Assembly: GCF_001194135.2 (NCBI RefSeq)
Contig: NC_069002.1
Span: forward strand, 12,715,374-12,767,181
DNA length: 51,808 nt
Direction: 5' to 3'
From: Octopus bimaculoides
Lineage: Eukaryota
Position 1 is the stretch's first letter, and every line of letters begins with the position of its first letter. Positions 24,396 to 35,913 of the stretch are shown piece after piece. A model generated the notes under the pieces. That model made no database searches. It saw only the letters and a list, made by a program, of their open reading frames with translations, and had not been told where the DNA came from. Made by a program: the position numbers and the translations under genes.

Positions 24396-27300
24396 CTCTC
24401 TCCAAGCAAATTCGTTACAAAGTAGATGAGAATGGTGAAAATAGCAAGGAGAACAGTTGAGAGAAAGAGAGAGAGAGAGAATTTGCTGTCCACGATCAGG
24501 ATAATATTGAACTCGTGAGATTCCTTCATTGACACTTGGTGGAAGTTCTTCATCAGAAACCCTATATCATCATTTATTTGTATATTGTCCATACGTTTTT
24601 ACCTCATTTGATTTTTGTCGCTTGATATTTGTGTAACCCTCCACACTTGGCGAATTAAAGACACCATCATCACCACCTCCTACCTCCACTATTACTGTGA
24701 CCACCACTGCCATAAAGCACTGCCTCCTAACCTTACCACCCACCACCACCACCATTATCCTCCTACTTCTCCCCAAGCTGCTCAGGCCGTCAACATCAGT
24801 TTACACTTATTTCTTTCATAATTTTCTCCATCAAAATTATTTAGACATTTTTGGAGAGAGAATAGAGGATTAAAAACATCTGGATGTTTCTCTTAATGAG
24901 GGGAGGCACAGTTATTTTTTCCTATTGTCTATATCTAAAGGAGTGGAGGTGCAATGGCCCAGTGGTTAGGGCAGCGGACTTGCGGTCATAGGATCGTGGT
25001 TTCGATTCCCAGACCGGGCATTGTGAGTGTTTATTGAGCGAAAACACCTAAAGCACCACGTGGCTCCGTCAGGGGATGGTGGTGAACCCTGCTGTACTCT
25101 TTCACCACAACTTTCTCTCACTCTTACCTCCTGTTTCTGATGTACCTGTAATTCAAAGGGTCAGCCTTGTCACACTGTGTCACGCTGAATATCCCCGAGA
25201 ACTACGTTAAGGGTACACGTTAATTTCACGAGCTGGCTGTTCCGTTGATCGGATCAACTGGAACCCTCGACGTCGTAAGCGACGGAGTGCCAACAAACAA
25301 TATCTAAAGGATAAATAGTGTTTTAAAAAATATCAACAAATTTGTTGTTTGATGCAGGAAGATTGTTAAGAAGCAGCCATGAATGCAGTTAATAAGGAAC
25401 TAAAGTAGATATAAGTAACACATATACATAGAACCCATTTAAAATTTTGGCCTTGTTACTATGGAAGAGATTCATCATCATCATTATTGTTGTTGTTATT
25501 GTTGCGTCATCATCACTGCCGCCATCATCATCATCATCATTTAATGTTCCTGCTTCCATGCTGGCATGGGTCAGATGGAATTTTTTGAGGCATGAATTTC
25601 TACAGCTGGGTGCCCTTCCTGTCACCAATCCTCACTTGTCTCCGAGTGATGCAATATTTCCTCATGTTTCTCAGGGCAAACTGGAAAAGAACAACATCAC
25701 TTGTATAAAGGTGACATCTCATAATGTTAACCATCACATAATGTCAAGACAGTAGAGGCACAATGTCCCAGTGGTTAGGGCAGCGGACTAGCGGTCGTAG
25801 GATCGCGGTTTCGATTCCCAGACCGGGCACCGTGAGTGTTTAATGAGCGAAAACACTTAAAGCTCCACGAGGCTCCGGCAGAGGATTGTGGCGAACCCTG
25901 CTGTACTCTTCCACCACAACTTTCTCTAACTCTATCTTCCTGTTTCTGTTGTGCCTGTATTTCAAAGGGTCAGCCTTGTCACACTGTGTCACGCTGAATC
26001 TCTCCCGAGAACTACGCTAAGGGTACACATGTCTGTGGAGTGCTCAGCCACTTGCACGTTAATTTCACGAGCAGGCTGTTCCGTTGATCAGATCAACTGG
26101 AACCCTCATCGTCATAACCGACGGAGTCCCAACCACAATGTCAAGACAAGAGTAAAAAAAGTTAAAAAGAGTAAAGACCCCTTTTGTCAGGAATGATCAT
26201 GGGATTGCACCTAGAAAGTTCCCCTCTGAGGTACAAGTCTTGGCAAGGTTGTTTATGGAAGACCAGCAGTTGCCCAAGCATACCAGCCACTTCATGCCAC
26301 TGAAGTTATCCGAGGGAAAGGCAAAGGCCAATACAACTTGGCACCAGTGACATTGCAACTCATTTCTACAGCTGGGTTAACTGGAGCATCGTGAAATAAA
26401 GTGTCTTGCTCAAGAACACAACACTCAGCTCAGTCTGAGAATCAAACTCACTACCTCATGATTGTGTGCCTGACACTTTAACCACTGAGCCATGCACCTT
26501 CCCCCTGCTTGATGCTCTAACCACTGAGCCATGTGCCTTCACATAAAAGTATTGCATGACAAGACATGGGTATACACAAATACATACACATATGTGATGG
26601 GCTTCTTTCAGTTTCCATCTATCGTATCCACTTAAGTGGAGACACGTGGCTTAGAGTGCTGGACTCATGATTGCAAGATTGTGGTTTCAATTCCTGGACA
26701 GGGCAATGCATTGTGTTCTTGAGCAAAATACTTCATTTCGTGTTACTCCAATCCACTCAGCTGGCAAAAATGAGTAATCCTGCTATGGACCGGCACCCCA
26801 TCCAGGTGGGGAGTATCTATCCTATGGAAACCAGGAAACCAGGCCTTATGAGTTGGTAGGACTCAAGAAGGTGACTTTACCTCTTTATATCCACTTAAGA
26901 TGCTTTAGACCAGGCTTTATCTTATAAACGCTTATGAAATTTATACATAAATATTTGCTTAAAATAACATATATTTTTGCATTTATTTATTTAACAGTAT
27001 TTAACAAATAGGTTTATTGTCAATTAAAAAATTTTGATTAAAAAACATAGATAAAATCAAATTGCTTTAGACAACTTGAAGCTATAGCAGAAGACACTTA
27101 TCCAAAGTGTTACACAGTAAGACTGAACCTGAGACCACCTGTTTGGGAAGCAAACTTCTTAACCACACAGCCATGCCTGCATCTATGTAAGAAATTATGA
27201 ATTTTAAATTAATTATGTAATAATTAAAATTATCATTTTCAATATGTTCACAGGTAACAACATAAAACCACCTCCAATTCCTCCAATACGTAAAAAACAT

Positions 27301-28532
27301 AGCGTGCACATTACGAGGGAACAGAATAAATTTAGTTCAGAGGCAAATGTAAGTTTATTTATGGTTGTTGTTGTTGTAGTTTTTAGTCAGCCCCGGTCAG
27401 CTCTGATTGAGAAGATTTAGGATCAAAGATTTTCCAGCCATGACTGTTTCACCTTTTTCTGTACCCAGGATTACAGTATTTAACACATCCTTCCTTTTTC
27501 ACGACAATCGGTTGTGATTTTGGACAAGAGGGTGTGATTTTGTTTCTTATTTCTAGCAGACACTGTCCTCATCCATATGCATCACATGTTTGCACCAGTG
27601 TAGTCTTCTTTCTTGCTCACTGCACTTGATTCCTTTCAGCATATTTATGCTATGTTGTTCATGTACATTGACATTGCACATCAAACAAATCAAGCTCACT
27701 TTATTACTTTCCAGTCTTCTCATGCCCTCTGCATTCAAGGCCCATGTCTCACTACCATGGAGCATTGCAGTTCTAACACAAGCCTCATACAATCTGCCGT
27801 TCACTTTTAGAGAAAGTCCTTTGTTGCCAGCAGTTGTAGCAGCTGCCCTGAAATTTGTCCAGCCCTTTTCTTACTCTGGTTACAATTCTATCAGAGGAAC
27901 TACCTCCCTTGTTAATTACATTTCCAAGCTAACAAAGGCTTTCAGCTACTTCTAGTGAGCCATCTGGGCAACTCAGAGAGTTCATTTCCTGTATGTACTG
28001 CTTCAGTACATCTATCACATACAAAGTTTATGTTCTCTGCGAGTCTGTCTGTGACGCCAACATGTCAGAACTGCTTTTCCCTTTTGAATGCTTCAGCTCC
28101 TTGCTCCTTCTGGAGTCCTTGTTAGCAGCTGTATGTAACCAATAAGAACCAGACTGTATGAGTGGCTGTTCTCCCACTTTGTGGGCACACACACACAAAT
28201 TGTTTATAATGAATGTGATATATGGTGATGGTTAAAAACCCTACAGATATGCAATATAAAACCAAAAAGGAAATATTCAGTTGTCACTAATTGTGACTGA
28301 GGATGCTGGTTAGCACTTATATTGCTAGAAATAGAAGTTTAAAAACCCTTAAAGCTGCAAGGAAGCACTTTCCATATATTGACAGAGGAGATAATGGCGA
28401 GATCACTATACTAATCTAGTTTCGTTTAAAATTAAAGCTCATCAGTAGTGACTACTCCATCGCTGGATGGTTTGGCTAAATCCTGACTGTCAGTATATGG
28501 TATATATATATATATATATATTTATGATGATG

Positions 28533-28578
<46 letters not shown>

Positions 28579-31500
28579 CATCATCATAATTATAAATATA
28601 TAGATATATATTATGTGTATGTATGCACGTGAAAAGATCAAAATAGAAAGGACATACTAATGGATGTAGAAAAATAATTTGTAGGTGCAGAAAAAGACAG
28701 GCATGGCTGGAAAGCTGGAATTCCTTTAATTATAGGTTGTTGTCTCAGTCAGTGTGACCTTGGGCTAAACTGCAATGACAATATTATAAATCAAATTAAC
28801 TGAAAAGCATTGGAGTATCAAACTAAACGTATTTAGTTTCCATTCTTCAAGTGCTCAGTTCAAATTCCACCCGACTTCACTTAACTTTCCAGTGTAAAGG
28901 GTTGATCAGAATCAATTTAATTTTCAATTTATCTCCAAATTTGGGACACTCGTGGCAAGGGACAAAATCATTATTGTTTATATTATTTTCATTTCTTCTC
29001 AGAGCAGACAATTTTCCAAAGATCATAGTAAAGCCCCTGAACATTTAACACAAGCATTATCAAAACTGAGACCAGTTGCAACTAGTTGTAAGGAAGATGA
29101 TGAAGGTTGGTAAATATTTCTTTCCAATTCCTATAAAAGTGCTATCAAGTTTATATTATCTACGGATAATTTTATCTCAGCTCAACCATCAAGCTTGTTA
29201 CTTTGTCCCACTTTTTTTATGGAGGTTTCAACAAAACCAAAGGTCTCCTGAGATCTTAATTGCAAACCGCAATAAATATATGCACCTGTTACCATTTTAT
29301 ATTTCTTTTGTCTGGTACCGAACTCTGGTTTTCAGATGACTGATAGCATAACTAACATCATCCCAATATGCAGACATTGCTTTTCTCTTAGCAATGGTTC
29401 TGATGTGAAAGAAAGGGGTGTGACAAAATAAGCAGAGGAGAGGATGAAACATCTTGCAGTATTTTGGTTCATCTCTTTATGTTGAGAGTTCAAATCCTTT
29501 TCCATCCTTCAGGAATTGATAAATTAAAATATTAACGAGATATTGAAATAGATATAATTGGTAGTTCTTTCTACTCAAAATTTCCTGGTGTAGGCATTGA
29601 ACGAGTACATACACAACAGTTTCATTGTTCTGCACACATTTGGGACAAGCACATTCAATGGAACTCCCACGTCTGTAGAGTTTGCCTCAAAGTGATGGCA
29701 TCCTTTGGTAGCACTGGTTGTCCAAGAAGTTTTGGAAATTATCCATAGTAGTCTCCAATTGGAAAGTCCTCTGAAACAGACTCACCAGTGTGCTTTTGGT
29801 GTTACCCAGAATCTCCTTTAGAACTTTGTTACTAATCCCCTACAGATTGCTAGAGTGGAACCTCTTGCTTGATTAGTTGAGGCCAATCAATGCCTGATAA
29901 CATTCTCAGTGCGTCAGGCACCTCGTCTTGATCTTTGCTTCACACAAGACTGTGGCTCTATCAAGATGAGCTGTACAGAGGTGCACCTCAGAAACAGCAC
30001 CCATGCATGCTCACTGTATATGAATCTTTGCAGGTGGTGCAACATCGACATGTCTGCACATCAGCAGCTATAGTTTACCTAAGTTGCCATGCAGTGGGTT
30101 CCGGCAGCTGATGGATCACCTAATCTGTGAAATGTATCACTTCTACAAGAAACTGAATAACAGACACTCAAGTCTCATCAGGCAGTATCTGGGGCATGAT
30201 AGCCAAGCGCTAAACAATAATGGAGGCAATGTAGGCCACCCTTTCAGAGACAGCTTCCTCTCTACCAATTTCTGGATAAGATTGGCCACTCTGTTCATCA
30301 CCTCAACCCAGTTCTTATCCACCTGAAAGTTGGGACCAAACCAGACACCAAGCAGTTTGATCAGTCCAGCATCTTATGATGGCATCGTCTTTCCTCTCCA
30401 GATGCCCATCCGCAAGCTTGCTGACTTGTTCATATTGATCTGCTGCCATTTCATATCCCTTTAGTATCATACTGACCATCTCCACTTTGGTTGCATCCTA
30501 TATCATAACTATGATGTCATCCATGTATACCAACATGGCCTTCTAAGTTCACGGTTTGAAAGGGATTCCGCTCAACTGATTCAGCTTCCACAGCAGTTGC
30601 TTGAGAGCCAACATATACAGGAGAGGCAAGAGGGAGTAGCCCTGGTTGACCAAACAAGCAATATAAAATGGTTCCAAGAGGTGGCCATTCAGTTTGACCA
30701 CTGAGAAGGTATCACTGTGTATTGCAGCAATCCAGCCTCTGAAAATAGGTTCAGACCTACACAATTTCAGGACAGTTTCCATGTAAATATGGTCAACCTT
30801 ATTGAAAGCTTTTAACTGATCCAAGTTTGATTAGGGCTCTACTGGAGCCAGCTTTGGTTCCAACCTTCTCTGTGATGTACCATATAAGGTGGAGATTGTT
30901 GTGGATGGACCTGTTTGGGATCATCCACATTGCACTTCCCAGACCAGGCTACCAACAACAGGTGCCAACCTTTTCTCTAATATCTTGGCCAAAGTCTTAA
31001 ACTCTGTGTTTAGCAGAGTTATGGGTCAAAAATTTCCTAGCATACCCCCTTTGTCAACAGCATTACTACATCCCAGCTAACAACACTAGACATCTGTCCA
31101 AAAATCAGTAAACAAATCTGAGACAAACTCATAGCATTTGTAGCACAGGCCATTCAAACTGGAGGATTTGTACCCTGTGGAACTGCTCATTGCCTCCAAT
31201 ATTTCAGAAGCTGTTATCAGCTTTTCACAGAATTTTGCATTTACTACTGAAAGCCACAGAAGGTTGTCCAGGTATGAAAAAAATCCACTACCATTGCTGA
31301 TCCATTACCCTCCCCAAACAGTTGCATAAAGTGTTGTTGGAAAGTTATACACACCTGATTGAAACTGAGTAGCATGTGTGTGTCCCAGTCTATCAAAGTC
31401 CTGATTGTGACTCTGTCGTCATGTAACACCTCCTCTGCTTGGGCCCATTGGATAGCTTTGGTTCTCATGTAGAAGTGCACAGGCCTTAACTCTGACAATG

Positions 31501-34500
31501 CAACTTTCATGTTTCACCTCGAAAAGATGGTCAAAGGCATGCTTGCCATTCGCATGTTGGTTGTGATGCCTTTCTTTACCAATTGCCTCTTCTAGATTGC
31601 TAGCTCATTCTCCCTCTGAATTATCTCTGTTGCTAGCTTTTTGCTAAACATATTAATTCTGCTTTACTCACTCTTCAGGCTGCTCCATCACTAGCTTCAT
31701 GAATTACTGCTTAACTAGTACATAAATCTGGTTCCTGTAGCCTTTGCATGCTGGTAGGAATGCACTCAACTTCCAATGAACAAGTCCCTGTCTAGAGTCC
31801 TATATAAATCAACTGAGTACATCACAAATTTGTGGTCTGTGTAGCCAACCAGTTTGAACTGTGGACATCCTATGCCATCCCATTCCCCTGGCACAACAAA
31901 TACTTTATCTAGATATGATCTGGATGACCCACTGTGGATGATCCATATCCATACTGTCACATCAAGGAAATCTAGCTGGTACCTATCAAAAAGTTGGAAA
32001 CAGTTGGTGCAAGTTTCTGAGACTTCTGCACCTCTTTCTCCTATGGGCTAACTCTCCCACAGTCATTCTATACATCTAGAAGACAATTCCACTCACCCAT
32101 TTATACTAAAGGGCAAGATGTTCCAAGGAAACTTTCTAGATGCCTGAAGAAATTAGGCCAATTTGTTCTGGTCTGAGTATAGATGGCCATCAGTCTGAAG
32201 GGTCCACTTTTCCTACCATTCATGTCCAGGATCACCAAATTACCATTCAGGTCCAGGAAGATTCTTTGTATATCAAGGTTCAAGGATTTCCGGAACGGCA
32301 CTGCTACCCCACCACTCAAACTCAACGAACTGCACGATAAGAAAATTTTGTAAGCATTGGAAATGGGTGTCAGGATGTGTGGTGCTCCAGAAATCTTTGT
32401 CTCACTAATGGCTGACACATCTATATCAAGCGACTTGAATTCATTGAGCAAGTGACCCTGCTTCCAAACTAAATCCAGGCCCTGAACGTTTACACAATGT
32501 ATTCTAAGTGTAGCCTTTTAGGCAAGAGATACCGACCCTCTTATTCCTTATTCCTGCCAACATTACCACTTCTACCACCACACCGTATTCCCACAACTGT
32601 TCCCACTACTGTACTCTCACCACCACCACCACCAGCATTATTCTCCTCCAATCCCAGCTGTTCTGATCATTAACATCAGGGATCCATAAATTTACACCAT
32701 TTTTTATAAATTTTCTCCACCAAAATTATCTAGACATTTTTGGTGAGAAAAAGAAGATTAAAAACCTCTGAATGTCTCTCCTAATGAGGGTGGGCACAGT
32801 TATTTTTCCCTATCATTTATATTTAAAGGAGAAATGTTGTTATTAAAAACGTCAACAAACTCGTTTGAGGCAGGAAGATTATTATGGAGCAGCTATGATA
32901 GGCATGAATACAGTTAATAAGGAACTAATGTAGATATAAGTAACACATATATATAGAACTCATTTAAAATTTTGGTCTTGTCAGTATGGAAGAAATTCAT
33001 CATCATCATCATCATCGTTGTTGTTGTTATTGTTGCGTCATTGTCATTTCATCACCACCATAATCATCATCGTCATTTAACATTCACATCCCTATGCTGG
33101 CACGAGTCAGGTGGAATTTTTTTGAGGCATGTTTTTCTATCGCTGGATGCCCTTCATGTCACCAATCCTCACTTGTTTCCATGCAGTGTAATATTTTCCC
33201 ATGATTCTCAGCAAACTGGCAAAGAACAACATTGGTTGTATGAAGGTTACGCTCATTTACAACCATCGCATGATGTCACGACGAACATATATACAAATAT
33301 ATATGCATGCACACACACATACATATACATGAATATAATTGCCTTTTGGATGTACAAATTTTTATATACATCAGTAATGACATTTTCACTGTTAATGCCT
33401 TCTCTGTATATTGCATAAATGTAATTTTTTTTTCCCAAATAAATTGCACTTCATATTCGAGGTTCTGATGAATCTATAGGATGTTATTTAGGCACTCAAC
33501 TACAAGTCCACAACATCTTATTGCAGAAACAGTTGTAAGCAAATGAAGTTCATAACATAACCATCGTTTTCTTGTGTCATATCTTTTTCTTTACATAAAT
33601 ATATGATATGTATATATATATGTGTATCATCATCATTATCATCATTTAACATCCGCTTTCCATGCTAGCATGGGTTGGACGATTTGACTGAGGACTGGTG
33701 AACCAGATGGCTACACCAGGCTCCAGTCTGATTTGGCAGAGTTTCTACAGCTGGATGCCCTTCCTAACGCCAACCACTCCGAGAGTGTAGTGGGTGCTTT
33801 TATGTGCCACCGGCATGAAGGCCAGTCAGGCGGTATATATATGATGGGCATCTTTCAATTTAACGTCTATCATATCCACTTAAGAGGTTTTGGACGACCT
33901 GGGGCTATAACAGAAGACACTTATTCAAAGTGTTGCACCTGAGACCACCTGGTTGTGAAGCAAACTTCTTGACCACATAGCTATGCCTACATCTATGTAA
34001 GAAATTGTGAATATCAAATTAATTATGTAAAAATTATAAATATCATTTTCAATTTATGTTCACAGGTAACTACATAGTACCACCTCCAATTCCTCCATCA
34101 CGTAAAAAACAGAATTTGTCCAAACCAAAGGAGCAGAAAAAAATTAGTAAAGAAGCAAATGTAAGTTTATTTATGGTTGTTGTTGTTGTAGTTATGCCTT
34201 TTAGATATATANNNNNNNNNNNNNNNNNNNNNNNNNNNNNNNNNNNNNNNNNNNNNNNNNNNNNNNNNNNNNNNNNNNNNNNNNNNNNNNNNNNNNNNNN
34301 NNNNNNNNNNNAAAAAGTGTAGGTGGTTAGCTGTGGACTCGAACTCACATCCCCATGATTACGTGTCACAATGCTTTGACTGATTAAGCTAAACTACCCC
34401 ACTACAAATTCCTCTGCAAATTTAAGATGTATAGAAATCTCGCTTTATGAGACGTTATCATATGTTAAATTCAAATTACGACAAACATAAATAAACAAAC

Positions 34501-35872
34501 GAAGTTTGCTGTTAGAAGCGTTGAGATGTCTTATTATTTTCATTTCTTCTCAGGGCAGAAAATTTTCCAGAGATCCTAATAAAGCCACTGAAAATTTATC
34601 ACAAGCAATATCAAAATTGAAACCAGTTGCAACTGGTAAGAATGATAAAGGTTAGTATATATTTCTTTTGATTTCCTATAAAAGTGCTATTGAGTTTATA
34701 TTATCTACAGATAAGTTTCTCTCAGCTCAACCATCAAGCTTGTAACCTTGTCGGAGTTTTTTTCTGGGGGCTTCAACAAAACCAAAGGCCCCTGAGATCT
34801 TAACTGCAAACTTCAATTAAAATATGCACCTGTTACCGTTTTTTATTCTTTTAGTCTGGTACCAAACACCTTGGTTTTCAGACATCTGATTGCTTAACTG
34901 TGACATCATCCTAATATGCAGACACTGTTTTCTACTGAACTAAATAACTCTTAACCCTTTTGATACCAAAATGATTGAGACCGCCGTGGTCTGTGATACA
35001 AACACCCTGTTTTAAAGAGATTAAAACTTCCATCATAATTCCATGTTAGCATATGTTCTATATACCAGCTAGTGGAGGCGCAATGGCCCCGTGGTTAGGG
35101 CAGCGGACTCTCGGTCATAGGATCGCGGTTTCGATTCCCAGACCAGGCGTTGTGAGTGTTTATTGAGCGAAAACCCCTCTAAAAGCCCCACGAGGGTTCT
35201 GGCAGGGGATTGTGGCAAACCCTGCTGTACCCATCAAGTACTGGGGTTGATGCAAATGACTTGTCCCCTCTCTTCAAAATTGCTCGTCCCAAACCCTGCA
35301 ACCGACTGGCATCCCTTTTGGGGGGGAATGTTGTGGCCTCAGTCACTTCTACACTATGAAAATCAGATAACTGGCAATAAGGGATCTGGGTCTCAAGGAA
35401 AATAAAACAGAATAACCCTTATTTTTCTTATCACTAATATCAGTCTTTTCTGTTTTCAGTAGACTATGTGCTTCCAGTAAATAGTGTAAGTATATTTTTA
35501 TTGTTCCTTTTTTTCTCTTACTGGGTTTAATCCTTGAACTATGGCTATGCTGGAGCATGCCTTCAGGCTTTATTTATTTATTTTATAAGCTTTCATGGGT
35601 TCCTGGACAGACAAGTCTGACTATCCCTATTTATTTTCAAAGGATTATATTTTTATGTATTTTTCTCATGACTGAGAACTACATTACCTAGAATCATCAA
35701 CAAACATGGCGCAGGAGTGGCTGTGTGGTAAGTAGCTTGCTTACCAACCACATGGTTCCAGGTTCAGTCCCACTGTGTGGCACCTTGGGCAAGTGTCTTC
35801 TACTATAGCCTCGGGCCGACCAAAGCCTTGTGAATGGATTTGGTAGACGGAAACTGAAAGAAGCCTGTCGTA

Positions 35873-35913
<41 letters not shown>

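Larger units (their letters stand above)
24690..34935 (+). repeat. Intragenic segmental duplication (about 24690-29390 vs 32590-34935)
   Basis: Colinear intron blocks plus exons A1/B1 vs A2/B2. Confidence 0.9.

Noticed and set aside
24191-24821. Thr/Ala- and His/Pro-rich ORFs as missing exons
   Set aside because: Low-complexity intron sequence; the paralogous block at 32590 does not preserve a frame.
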